The position numbers were made by a program, and so were the translations under genes. From Verrucomicrobium sp. (lineage in GTDB: Bacteria; Verrucomicrobiota; Verrucomicrobiia; Methylacidiphilales; UBA1321), in assembly GCA_017849585.1 (NCBI GenBank), contig JAFIGT010000032.1, positions 84,027 to 148,026 of the forward strand: a DNA stretch of 64,000 nt. The letters run 5' to 3'. Positions 53,723 to 62,871 of this stretch are shown piece by piece (positions within the stretch are counted from its first letter, which is position 1; each line of letters begins with the position of its first letter). Under the pieces are notes generated by a model. That model saw only the letters and a list, made by a program, of their open reading frames with translations. It was not told the DNA's origin and ran no database searches.

Positions 53723-55093
53723 CTAAATAAACTTTCCGGGGTTGAGGAGGCGGTGGGGGTCGAGGGCAAGTTTGACGGTGCGATGGAGGGCTCGCAATTC
53801 GGGCGAGGCGGCTTTTTTCCACCAGCGCAATTTGGCGAGGCCGATGCCGTGTTCGCCGGTGATGGCACCCTTCCACGCGATGACCTGGGTGAAGAGTTCA
53901 TCGAGCGCGCGATGCATTTTCGGTTTCACGCCGGGCTGGGTGAGGTCGACCATGATGTTGACGTGGATATTGCCATCTCCCGCGTGGCCGAAGCTGGCGA
54001 CGGCGAGGCCGTACTTTTTTTGCAACTTGGCGGCGAAGGCGAAGAGATCGACCAGTTTGCCGCGCGGGACGGTGATGTCCTCGTTGAGCTTGGTAAGGCC
54101 GGTGGCCTTCAGCGACATCGAGAAGCCGCGGCGCAGGTCCCAGATTTTTTCCGCATCGCGCGGCGTAAGGGCGGAGCGGATTTGCAGCCCACCGGCGCGA
54201 CGAATGATCGCGAGCAGTTGCTTCGCTTCCGAACGGACCGAGGCGGGCTGACCGTCAATCTCGACAATGAGGCAGGCCGCGCCCGGCGGGACGAGTTCGC
54301 CGCCGAGATGCTTGCGCGCGGCGCGCAGGGTGAATTGATCCGCCACTTCGAGCGCGGAGGGGAGGAAGCCGTTCGCGAGGATCGCCTGCACGGCGGCGGC
54401 GGCTTGAGGCGCGGTGCGGAATCCGGCGGAGAAGACGGCGCGGGCGCGCGGGAGCGGGAGTAAGCGCACGGTGATTTCCGTGACGAGACCGAGGAGTCCC
54501 TCGGAGCCGACGAACATACCGACCAGGTCGAGACCGGACTTGTTCTTGTGCGTGCGGCCGCCGACGCGCACGAGCGTGCCGTCCGCGAGGGCGACTTGCA
54601 GACCGAGGATGTAATGGCGCGTGACGCCGTACTTCACGCAGCGCGGGCCGCCCGCGTTCGTGGCGACGTTGCCGCCGATGAAGCAGTCCTTCAGGCTGGC
54701 GGGATCGGGTGGATAGAAGAGGCCGACTTTTTCCACGGCCGTTTGCAGGTGGCCGGTGATCACGCCCGGTTGCACGACGGCGACGCCATCGGGCTGGTTG
54801 ATCTCGAGAATGCGGTTCATCTTCTCAAACGAGACGACGATGCCGCCGTGTTCGGGCACGCAACCGCCGACGTAGCCCTTGCCTGCGCCGCGCGCCGTGA
54901 CGGGAATTTTGTGGCGGGTGGCGAACTTGAGGAGCTTCGCGACGTCCTCGGCTTTGCGCGGGAAGAAGACCGCATCGGGCTGGTGCGAGGCGAACCATGA
55001 GTCGCTGGAATAGGCGGCGAGGGTTTTCTCATCGGTGCGTAGTTGCGGGCCGGGGAAAGTGCGTTTGAGAGAGGCGAGCCAGGGGGTGGTCAT
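53723..55093 (-). CDS. glcD: FAD-linked oxidase (GlcD / D-lactate dehydrogenase family)
   Basis: 456 aa. FAD_binding_4 pattern PVTARGAGKGYVGG followed by the C-terminal GEHGIGLAK motif. Confidence 0.85.
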   Translation of the reverse strand: MTTPWLASLKRTFPGPQLRTDEKTLAAYSSDSWFASHQPDAVFFPRKAEDVAKLLKFATRHKIPVTARGAGKGYVGGCVPEHGGIVVSFEKMNRILEINQPDGVAVVQPGVITGHLQTAVEKVGLFYPPDPASLKDCFIGGNVATNAGGPRCVKYGVTRHYILGLQVALADGTLVRVGGRTHKNKSGLDLVGMFVGSEGLLGLVTEITVRLLPLPRARAVFSAGFRTAPQAAAAVQAILANGFLPSALEVADQFTLRAARKHLGGELVPPGAACLIVEIDGQPASVRSEAKQLLAIIRRAGGLQIRSALTPRDAEKIWDLRRGFSMSLKATGLTKLNEDITVPRGKLVDLFAFAAKLQKKYGLAVASFGHAGDGNIHVNIMVDLTQPGVKPKMHRALDELFTQVIAWKGAITGEHGIGLAKLRWWKKAASPELRALHRTVKLALDPHRLLNPGKFI

Positions 55094-55377
55094 AGCGTTT
55101 TCTTTTTTCGTTCGCGAATATGCAAGGCGTTGTAGCCATACCAGATGACGGTAAACAACCCGGCGAAGTTGATAGTGGTGCTAATTAGCCCGCGATAAAA
55201 AGGCGAATCAGTTTCTAAATGAGCTATAAGATTTCGAGTGATGCCAATACAAATGCCCCCAGAAAGTGCCGTCAGGATAACTCCATAAAAAGCCCACAGC
55301 CAAGGATTCTTATTGTCCCGCTTGGCGTGATAAGCAAACCAGATAGGAATGACGATAATCCAAATCATAGAGGGCAA
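55090..55377 (-). CDS. small three-TM membrane protein (hypothetical)
   Basis: 95-aa ORF (TTG at 55377, first ATG at 55368). Its stop overlaps the glcD-like start (ATGA). Visibly AT-richer codons than its neighbours. Confidence 0.4.
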   Translation of the reverse strand: MPSMIWIIVIPIWFAYHAKRDNKNPWLWAFYGVILTALSGGICIGITRNLIAHLETDSPFYRGLISTTINFAGLFTVIWYGYNALHIRERKKKTL

Positions 55378-55535
55378 TCCGATGTTACGGGGTCGCTCGC
55401 GGGGCGTAAATAAGAGAGTGAAAGGGCGCGGGGTGAAAAAAACGAGATCGCAGCTCCGAACCGCTCCGGACGTCGACAGTTTTTCGAAGGCGTTGATTCC
55501 GTGCGGTGCGGGTGAGGGGAGGCAATCCCACCTGG

Positions 55536-55645
55536 GAGATGGGAAATTTCAGGGCATGGGTTGGGCGCATGGAGCCATTTAAGCACAGATTTTCCCGGAG
55601 CGTTTGCGTTAGATGGGCTATATGGGCTACGTGTGCGATATTTTT
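55536..55645. repeat. intergenic repeat element, copy C
   Basis: gagatgggaaatttcagggcatgggttgggcgcatgg...gagcgtttgcgttagatgggctatatgggctacgtgtgcgatattttt aligns to copy A. Confidence 0.7.
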
Positions 55646-55655
55646 GCCGCAGGGC

Positions 55656-55690
55656 GGCAGGAAAAGTACGAAGTACGGAGTTCTAGGTAC
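55656..55690. repeat. tandem heptamer block (GTACGAA GTACGGA GTTCTAG GTACTAA GTAGGAA)
   Basis: Read directly. Five GT-initiated 7-mers. Confidence 0.6.
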
Positions 55691-55799
55691 TAAGTAGGAA
55701 GGCTGCGACGATCGGGAATTCTCGTTGCCAGCGACACCAGAGGTCCAGATCGGGCGTCAGCTTTACTGGGTGCAGGGCTCAGTCCTGCCGTCACGCTGG

Positions 55800-56558
55800 C
55801 TAGGAGCAGATCAGGCGGATGGCTCCGGCGGCGGCGGTGAGGAGGAGGAGCCATTCGAAGACTTTTTGCGGGACGAGGTGGATGACGGCCTTGCCGACGC
55901 CGATGCCGATGACGACGAACGGGGCAAGCAGGGCGACGAGGGCCATGGAGGTGAAGTTAATTAAGCCGAGGTGGGCGCTGAAGGGGATCTTGGTGACGTT
56001 GACGATGAGGAAGAACCAGGCGGCGGTGCCGATGAGTTCGTACTTGGGCAGGTTGACGGCGAGGAAGTAGAGGCTCATGACGGGACCGGCCGCGTTGGCC
56101 ATCATGGTGGAGGCTCCGCCGAGTCCGCCCATGGAGTAGCCGAAGAAGTGGGTGTGGGCGAGGCGGTTGACCGTGGCTTCGTTGAAGAACTGGCGCGACC
56201 ACTGGAGCAGGGTCAGGCCAAGGATGATCCAGCCCATGACATGTTTGAAATTTTGGTCCGGAATGGCATTCATTGCGAGGTAGCCCATACCGATACCTAC
56301 TAGGGCAGGTGCCAATAAATGCCGGATGTAACGCCATTGCGCATGGTGCCGATAGGCGTGGACGGCAAAGAGGTCGCCGACAATAAGGAGGGGGAGGACG
56401 ACACCAGTGGATTCGCGCGCGGGGAGTACTTCGGCCATGAAGAGGACGGTCAACATACCGAATCCTCCCAGCCCGGCCTTGGCCAGACCGATGCACAAAG
56501 CCGCCAGTGCGGCGAGAAGCCAAGCGTAGGACAGGAGTTCGGGATACCAGTGCATCAC
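55800..56558 (-). CDS. sulfite exporter TauE/SafE (TSUP) family membrane protein
   Basis: 252 aa, 7-8 TM helices, with repeated GLGGFG/GGLGGAST glycine motifs typical of TauE/SafE. Confidence 0.85.
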   Translation of the reverse strand: MMHWYPELLSYAWLLAALAALCIGLAKAGLGGFGMLTVLFMAEVLPARESTGVVLPLLIVGDLFAVHAYRHHAQWRYIRHLLAPALVGIGMGYLAMNAIPDQNFKHVMGWIILGLTLLQWSRQFFNEATVNRLAHTHFFGYSMGGLGGASTMMANAAGPVMSLYFLAVNLPKYELIGTAAWFFLIVNVTKIPFSAHLGLINFTSMALVALLAPFVVIGIGVGKAVIHLVPQKVFEWLLLLTAAAGAIRLICS

Positions 56559-56717
56559 ATTAGTTTAGAGATGTTTATGAAAAGGAACACGATGTTGAAG
56601 ATTGACAACATTTTTACGCATGGCTAGGTGATTCGTTCGTAAGTAGATATAAGGCACACTAAAGTGGTCCAAAATATTACAGCAATAGTAAGAAGAATTT
56701 GTCTTCGTGGGAAGAGG

Positions 56718-57716
56718 ATGCGATGTGTCGCGATCCTTCCGGGCGTGCTTTTGCTGGGGAGCGCGAATGGCACCCAAGCGCAGGTCGCGGGCCGGGTGGA
56801 GCGCATGCAGCAGTTCAACCAGCAGCAGGTGGATTCACGGATTCAGACCGCGACGGATGCCTCGAACGAACTGGCGCCGGAATTGTACGATGGGGAATCG
56901 TCCGATGTGGGGCCGCAGTTTATTGTCCGCTCCAAGCCGCGACGCAAGTGGGTGGAAGCGACGGTGGACAGCCAGTATTACTACACGTCGAACATGCTGC
57001 TGACCGAGCAGAACCCGATTGATACCACGATTTTGGTGAACACGGTGCAGGTGGCGGTTGCACCGACGCCGTTCGACATGGGCGGGGGGCAGTTCGCGCC
57101 GCGCGTGGGCTTCCGCTACCAGTGGTACAACTACGGGTTGGATAACACGACGAACCAGTTAAACAATTTCGATTTCGACGTGGAGACGCTGTTCACGGAT
57201 CTGCGTTATCGTTTCAAGGATAACTGGTACGTGGCGGCGGGGTTCGAATGGAACCGACTGCTGTCGCATGAGGGACCGACGGCGGATTACACGGAGTTTT
57301 ACAAGGAGTACAACCCGAGCTGGACGATCGGGAAATTCTTCCCGATCTCCGACTCGATGTTTTTCTCGGCGGAGTATCAAGGCATCTATCACCTGACGGT
57401 GGTCGATCCGCTCCCGGCGCAAAATATCAACGATCGCATCGATCACGGCATGCGGCTTTCCTTCACGCAGGAGTTGATTCCGAACCTGTACCTGCAGCCC
57501 TATTTTCGCTTCCTGTACACGGATTACGTGAACGTGAACGGCAGTCGCAACGATTACCTGTTCTCGGTGGGGACGGCGTTTTCCTATGCGCTGACGCAGT
57601 GGGCGTCGGTGCGCACGTTCGTGAGCTACGATGTGAAGGAATCGGATGATCCGTCGTTCGCGGATTATACCAACGTCAACGCGGGTTGCGGTGTGACGTT
57701 GAATGTGAGTTTCTAG
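56718..57716 (+). CDS. outer-membrane beta-barrel protein (putative porin-like)
   Basis: Signal peptide MRCVAILPGVLLLGSANGTQAQ, preceded by gaagagg. Alternating aromatic beta-strand pattern and a C-terminal ...GVTLNVSF. Confidence 0.7.
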   Translation: MRCVAILPGVLLLGSANGTQAQVAGRVERMQQFNQQQVDSRIQTATDASNELAPELYDGESSDVGPQFIVRSKPRRKWVEATVDSQYYYTSNMLLTEQNPIDTTILVNTVQVAVAPTPFDMGGGQFAPRVGFRYQWYNYGLDNTTNQLNNFDFDVETLFTDLRYRFKDNWYVAAGFEWNRLLSHEGPTADYTEFYKEYNPSWTIGKFFPISDSMFFSAEYQGIYHLTVVDPLPAQNINDRIDHGMRLSFTQELIPNLYLQPYFRFLYTDYVNVNGSRNDYLFSVGTAFSYALTQWASVRTFVSYDVKESDDPSFADYTNVNAGCGVTLNVSF

Positions 57717-57731
57717 CCAGCGTGACGCTGG
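57717..57731. terminator. short hairpin CCAGCG-TGA-CGCTGG immediately after the stop codon
   Basis: Read directly, between convergent genes. No U-tract. Confidence 0.3.
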
Positions 57732-57836
57732 ACCCTGTAATGCTTCGCCACGGGTGGGTGTTAGGGTGACGAATGTAAAACGGAAACGCCTTAGTTGTTC
57801 ATTTCCACGTCCCAAACTTTCTTTCTCTCAACGACA

Positions 57837-58379
57837 TTATTCCCGCACCAAGTGAATCTGGGTGAGGCCACAGGCAAAGGGTTTCACGCTCACGGTGCGG
57901 AGTGGTTTGTCCGGCGTGGAGGGGCTGAAGAGGGGGATGCCCGCGCCGAGGATGATGGGGGCGTAGGTGATGCGGTATTCGTTGATGAGGCCGTCGCGCT
58001 GAAACGTGCCCGCAACGGCTCCACCGCCGACAAGCCAGAGGCGGCGGCAACCGCGTTGGGCGGCTTCTTCGAGGATCTGCCGGGCGGTGGCTTGGGTGAA
58101 AAGAATGTCGGGCGAGAGGGCGGGCAAGGTGCGGGAGGTGAGAACCCAGCACGGTTTTCCGGGATGCGGCCAGGTGCCGTGTTTGAGGAGGAACTCGCAG
58201 GTTTTGCTGCCCATGACGAGGCTGTCGACAGTCTGCTCGAAGGCGGGGAAATCCTGTGCGACTTCGGGGTCCTTATCGTAGCAGGTGAGCCAGTCGAGGC
58301 CGCCCTCGGGCGTGGCGATGAAACCGTCGAGACTGGCGGCGACGTAGTAGACGACGGTGGGCAGCGCGGGGTTGTCCAT
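57837..58379 (-). CDS. dihydrofolate reductase family protein (RibD C-terminal domain)
   Basis: VVYYVAASLDGFIATPEGGLDW and LVGGGAVAGTF...INEYRITYAPIILGAGIPLF motifs. ATG at 58379 preferred over the track start at 58487. Confidence 0.8.
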   Translation of the reverse strand: MDNPALPTVVYYVAASLDGFIATPEGGLDWLTCYDKDPEVAQDFPAFEQTVDSLVMGSKTCEFLLKHGTWPHPGKPCWVLTSRTLPALSPDILFTQATARQILEEAAQRGCRRLWLVGGGAVAGTFQRDGLINEYRITYAPIILGAGIPLFSPSTPDKPLRTVSVKPFACGLTQIHLVRE

Positions 58380-58515
58380 GGCGGCAGGAAACGTAATCAG
58401 GATTGCGTCAGTTGCAAGTGGTATTACGGGAATGGAGGTTCTTTCGACAACAATATTGGGTGGAGGGCTCAGCCATGCCTTGCGCATGGAACCTGCTCTG
58501 CGGTATGCTCATCTT

Positions 58516-61116
58516 ATGACTGTCGCCTCCACTGCTGCCAAGGTCCGGCTGGAAACGGATGAGCATCCGTTGAGTGGTGGCACGGTCGATGAGTGGGCCA
58601 GCAGTCATCCCGGAGTCAAGGCGGTCTGCCAACGCCTGCGTGAAACGATGGGGGCGCTGTCGCCGGAAGCGCTGGGCCGGTTGACGCGCACGGCGCAGGA
58701 CTTGATGCGCGATCAGGGCATTACTTTTCACATCAATGACAAGCGGGCCGGCGGTGAGCGCATTTTGCCGTTCGATCTGCTGCCGCTGACGGTGGCGGCG
58801 GAGGAATGGGCGGATCTGGAGCAGGGCTTGATCAATCGCGCGCGCGCGTGGAATGCGTTCCTCAATGATATTTACACGGGGCAGGATATTCTAAAGGCGG
58901 GGCTCGTGCCGTACGAGGTGGTGTATTCCGATCCGCATTTCCGCCGCGAGTGTGTGGGCGTGAAGGTGACGCAGGATGTGCATTTGCATGTCTCCGCGAC
59001 GGATTTGATCCGTAACGAGGACGGGCGTTGGATCGTGATGGAGGATCAGATTTCCAATCCGACCGGAGCGGGCTACGCGTTGCAGAACCGGCGCATTCTC
59101 AGCCAGGTGACGCCGCAGTTCATGGAAGACGTGCCGCTGACGCCGATTTACCACTACCCGTCGCAGTTGCTGGAGACGTTGCAGGCGGCGGCGCCGGGCG
59201 GCAGCAGCGTGGCGAAGGTGGTGCTGCTTTCGCCGGGGATTTATCACGAGGCCTATTATGATCACGCGGCACTGGCGCGGCAGATGGGAATTCCGCTGGT
59301 GCAGTCGGGCGATTTGATTGTGCTCGACAGCGAGGTCTATCTGAAAACGATCAGCGGCCTCGATCGCGTGAATGTGATCTATCGCCGCATCGACGGTTCG
59401 TATGTCGACCCGGTCACCAATCGCGGCGATGGCCGGTTCGGCATTCCGGGATTGCTCTCGTGCGTGCGGCAGGGGACGGTCACTGTGGCGAATTCACTCG
59501 GTTCCGGGCTGGCGGATAATCGCGCGCTGGCGGCGTATCTGCCGCAGATGACGGAATTTTATCTCGGGACGAAACACATGCTCCCGGCGGTGCCGACGTT
59601 GAATTTCCGCGACATCGACATGCGGGAATTCGTTTTCGACAACTGGCAGAAGCATGTCTTCAAGACGCTTTCCACGCGGGGTCCGGCGAGCGTGTGGCTT
59701 GGGGAGCAGCTTGATGATCGGCAGTGGGGCGAGTTGAAAAAACGGATCGAGGCGAAGCCCGGTGAGTTCATCGCGCAACCGCTGATTCGCTTTTCGACCG
59801 TGCCGACATGGACCGAGGAGGGCTTGCGCGGACGGCATGTGAGCATGCGGGCGTTTGTGTTGAACGGCGCGACCGGGGCGACGGCGACGTCGTGTGTGCT
59901 GACGCGCATGGCGTTGAAGGAGGGTTCGCTGATCGTGGCGTCGGCCTCCGGCGGCGGGAGCAAGGATACGTGGATTTTGCGCGACAGCAAACGGGAGTGG
60001 CATGCGGCTCCTTCGGGGCCGGGCGTGCGCCAGCGGCAGAACCGGTTGCGGCTCGGCAGTCGCACGGCGGACGCGTTGTTCTGGATCGGTCGCTACGCCG
60101 AACGGGCGGAGGCGACGGTGCGCATCCTGCGCGTGTTGCAGCAGATTCGCGCGGAGGATAACGATAATCCGAAGGCGTGGCATCCGTTGTGGGAAGCGCT
60201 GGCGGCGGCGACGGGACATCCGACGAGTTTCTTCAAGAAGGCAACGTTCCAGAAGGAGAAGACGACGACGCTGGCGGATTACATTTTGCTGGATCAGGAA
60301 AATTATGCGTCGGTGATTTCATGCCTGAATTCATGCCGGCAGAACGCGCAGCAGATTCGCGAGGCGTTGCCGCCGGAAGTGTGGACGGTGATCAACCGGC
60401 TGCATTTGCAATTTTCGATGACGGTGAAGGAGCGGTCCTCTGCCACGGTGGAGGAGTCGCTGCGTGAGATGACGCTGCATAGCGAGGTGTTGACGGCGCT
60501 GGATGAACTTTCCGGCAGCGTGGAGAAGCACATGGTGCATGACGATGCGTGGAATTTCTGGCGCATCGGCCGCTTCATGGAGTCGGGTGTATTCACGCTG
60601 TTGACGATGAAGCAGGTGTTCCTGAAGCGCAACGACGAGCGGCAGCCGGCGTCCTCGCTGACGGAGGATATCAATCTCGATGCGCTGTTGCGCATGCTGG
60701 CGGGACAGTACGCGTACCGCAGCTATTACAAGTCGCGCCCGGTGGCGTCGCAGGTGGCGTTGCTGCTGTTGCAGGATGAGCGGTTCCCGCGCTCGCTGTT
60801 GTTTTCCTTGCAGGAGATGGTGCGTTCGCTGCGGCAGATTTTCGGCGAGCGCGCCACGCCGCTGGCGGAGACGCCGATTCGCTACGCACAACATCTGGCG
60901 AGCGACCTGGCCTACGCGGACATCGCTCCCTATTTTTCACCCGCGTTCAGCGAGGTGGAGGAGCCGAATCCTGATGCGTTGCCTCGGGCGCGGACGAAGC
61001 AATTTGCGGAGTGGCTGGATACGCTGACGCAGCGACTGCTGCATTTCAATTCCCTCATCGCGGATCATTACCTGAACCATCAGGCGGCGACGCCGCCGCA
61101 GGCGGAGCTGGATTAA
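58516..61116 (+). CDS. fusion protein: circularly permuted type-2 ATP-grasp domain + alpha-E domain
   Basis: N-terminal half: GITFHINDKRAGGERILPFDLLPL, PGIYHEAYYDHAALARQMGIPLVQSGDL, VNVIYRRIDGSYVDP. C-terminal half: RLGSRTADALFWIGRYAERAEATVRILRV (the alpha-E signature). ATG at 58516. Confidence 0.85.
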   Translation: MTVASTAAKVRLETDEHPLSGGTVDEWASSHPGVKAVCQRLRETMGALSPEALGRLTRTAQDLMRDQGITFHINDKRAGGERILPFDLLPLTVAAEEWADLEQGLINRARAWNAFLNDIYTGQDILKAGLVPYEVVYSDPHFRRECVGVKVTQDVHLHVSATDLIRNEDGRWIVMEDQISNPTGAGYALQNRRILSQVTPQFMEDVPLTPIYHYPSQLLETLQAAAPGGSSVAKVVLLSPGIYHEAYYDHAALARQMGIPLVQSGDLIVLDSEVYLKTISGLDRVNVIYRRIDGSYVDPVTNRGDGRFGIPGLLSCVRQGTVTVANSLGSGLADNRALAAYLPQMTEFYLGTKHMLPAVPTLNFRDIDMREFVFDNWQKHVFKTLSTRGPASVWLGEQLDDRQWGELKKRIEAKPGEFIAQPLIRFSTVPTWTEEGLRGRHVSMRAFVLNGATGATATSCVLTRMALKEGSLIVASASGGGSKDTWILRDSKREWHAAPSGPGVRQRQNRLRLGSRTADALFWIGRYAERAEATVRILRVLQQIRAEDNDNPKAWHPLWEALAAATGHPTSFFKKATFQKEKTTTLADYILLDQENYASVISCLNSCRQNAQQIREALPPEVWTVINRLHLQFSMTVKERSSATVEESLREMTLHSEVLTALDELSGSVEKHMVHDDAWNFWRIGRFMESGVFTLLTMKQVFLKRNDERQPASSLTEDINLDALLRMLAGQYAYRSYYKSRPVASQVALLLLQDERFPRSLLFSLQEMVRSLRQIFGERATPLAETPIRYAQHLASDLAYADIAPYFSPAFSEVEEPNPDALPRARTKQFAEWLDTLTQRLLHFNSLIADHYLNHQAATPPQAELD

Positions 61117-61131
61117 TCGCGACCATCGAGT

Positions 61132-62124
61132 ATGCACTTTCAAATCGTTCACACGACTGAGTACGACTACTCCGCCCCGGCGGTGGAGTCTTACACCGAA
61201 CTGCGGGTGCGTCCGCGCAATACGCTGAAGCAGGTAGTGGTAAGTCACGCGACCGAGGTAAATCCGCAGGTGCCGCTGGAGACGTACACGGATTACTATG
61301 GCAATTTTGTCGAGGCGATGTCGGTGCCGTTTCGGCATCGCAGCCTGACTGTGACGTCGCGCAGCACGGTGGAGACGCGGTTGTTGCCGGATGGTTTCAG
61401 CGGGCTGGATTTGACGGTGAGCGAGGCGGTGCGCCTCTGCTGGCCGCGACGGATGGAGCTCTATGATTTCCTGATGCCGTCGGAGCATGTGCCGCTGTCG
61501 CCGGCGGTGGAAGGTCTGGCGGCGAAGCTGCTGCCGTCGTCCGCGCCGTTTGTGGAGACGGTGCTGGGCTTGAACCAGTATTTGTTCAAGACATTCAAAT
61601 ACGAATCAGGCGTGACAGATATCAGTACGCCGATCGATCATGTCATCGAAACGCGGCAAGGCGTTTGCCAGGATTTTGCGCATGTGATGATCGCGCTGTT
61701 TCGTGCGGCGGGCTTGCCTGCGCGTTATGTGAGTGGGTACATCGAGACCGACGCGGCCGCGCAACGCAGTGAGCGCCGCAACGGCGCAGCGGGCTTGTTG
61801 CCGGGCTTTGATGAGGACGCGGAGGAGGAGGCGAAGCTGATCGGCGCGACGGCCAGCCACGCATGGGTGGAGGTCTATTGCCCGAACGGTCACTGGATCG
61901 GGCTCGATCCGACCAACAACATTTTGGAGAGCGAACGCCATGTGCAGATTGGCGTGGGCCGGGATTACGCCGATGTGCCGCCGTTGCGGGGCGTGTACAA
62001 GGGCGCGCAGCAGCAGTTGCTCTCAGTGAAGGTGAGCGTGCGGCGTTCGACGGGCGATCCGAGATTGACGCAGGCGTTGTGGGCGTCGAACCAAGCCCCG
62101 GCGCAGAGCCAGTCGCAAGGGTGA
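61132..62124 (+). CDS. transglutaminase-like cysteine peptidase family protein (Bact_transglu_N + transglutaminase core)
   Basis: N-terminus MHFQIVHTTEYDYSAPAVESYTELRVRPR. Catalytic Cys context RQGVCQDFAHVMIALFRAAGLPARYVSGY, later HAWVEVY...DPTN. Confidence 0.9.
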   Translation: MHFQIVHTTEYDYSAPAVESYTELRVRPRNTLKQVVVSHATEVNPQVPLETYTDYYGNFVEAMSVPFRHRSLTVTSRSTVETRLLPDGFSGLDLTVSEAVRLCWPRRMELYDFLMPSEHVPLSPAVEGLAAKLLPSSAPFVETVLGLNQYLFKTFKYESGVTDISTPIDHVIETRQGVCQDFAHVMIALFRAAGLPARYVSGYIETDAAAQRSERRNGAAGLLPGFDEDAEEEAKLIGATASHAWVEVYCPNGHWIGLDPTNNILESERHVQIGVGRDYADVPPLRGVYKGAQQQLLSVKVSVRRSTGDPRLTQALWASNQAPAQSQSQG

Positions 62125-62177
62125 GGGGATGTGACGCTGGATTGACTCCCTCTTGGAAAGAAGGCACAATCACCCAC

Positions 62178-62789
62178 ATGCTCGTCAAAGCGTCAGCCCG
62201 GTATTTTATGCGCGCGCTGCTTTCTGCCGTGCTGCTGACGGCGACGTCCCTGATGGCGGAGGAGGGATTCTTTGACCCGACGAAAATGGCTCCCCCCGCC
62301 GACGCGAACAAATCTTTCTCCCTCGGACCGAACGCCGACAAAGGCAGTTCGGTGTTTGGTTCTGCCAATACCAGTTTCAACAAGAGCTTCGCGACCAAAG
62401 GCGCGGACGGGCTGTTTGGTCAATCGGCCGATGTGGGGGGGAAGGAATTTCTGCCGCCTTCGGTCACGATGGACAAGACCTATGCGGCGCGCAGCTATGC
62501 GTTGCCGGGGAATTTTACCGGTTACGACGAGAGCAAGCCGAATATCGCGTTGAAGGAGTCAGGGTTTTCGTCACAAAGCGCGCTCGGATACAATCGCATG
62601 ATTGAGATGCCGACCTACACTGGGCCAGAAGCGGACCGGATCAAGCAGGACATGGAGATGATCGACAAGACGTTGGGCAGCGCTAAGGACTTGCCAAACC
62701 GCAGCCTGACGGTGCAGGAGGTGCGGGACTTGCTCAATCACAATGCCAAGCCGGGGAAAGATCCGGCGGCGCCTGACGCGAAGAAATAG
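62178..62789 (+). CDS. secreted low-complexity hypothetical protein
   Basis: Signal peptide MLVKASARYFMRALLSAVLLTATSLMAEE. The upstream part of track ORF 61863.. overlaps the transglutaminase gene and is rejected. Confidence 0.5.
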   Translation: MLVKASARYFMRALLSAVLLTATSLMAEEGFFDPTKMAPPADANKSFSLGPNADKGSSVFGSANTSFNKSFATKGADGLFGQSADVGGKEFLPPSVTMDKTYAARSYALPGNFTGYDESKPNIALKESGFSSQSALGYNRMIEMPTYTGPEADRIKQDMEMIDKTLGSAKDLPNRSLTVQEVRDLLNHNAKPGKDPAAPDAKK

Positions 62790-62826
62790 CGCGCTTCGGT
62801 GAAGTGTTGGCACGCGGCATCGTCAT

Positions 62827-62845
62827 GGCGGGACACCGTCCCGCC
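62827..62845. terminator. 8-bp GC hairpin GGCGGGAC-ACC-GTCCCGCC between convergent genes
   Basis: Read directly. No U-tract. Confidence 0.4.
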
Positions 62846-62871
62846 CTACAGAAAATCCAGGCTGCTTCGAC

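Noticed and set aside
55725-56303. Plus-strand ORFs of 79-110 aa rich in G/E/D
   Set aside because: Antisense to the TauE/SafE membrane protein gene.
57159-57815. 218-aa minus-strand ORF
   Set aside because: Antisense to the outer-membrane beta-barrel gene. R-rich shadow.
57795-58562. 255-aa plus-strand ORF
   Set aside because: Antisense to the RibD_C reductase gene. G/E/A-rich shadow.
59494-60894. Several 170-240-aa minus-strand ORFs inside the ATP-grasp/alpha-E gene
   Set aside because: R/Q/H-rich shadows of a high-GC gene that has clear family signatures on the plus strand.
61863-62177. Upstream 105 codons of ORF 61863..62789
   Set aside because: They overlap the 3' end of the transglutaminase gene in another frame. 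A good signal peptide starts at the ATG at 62178.
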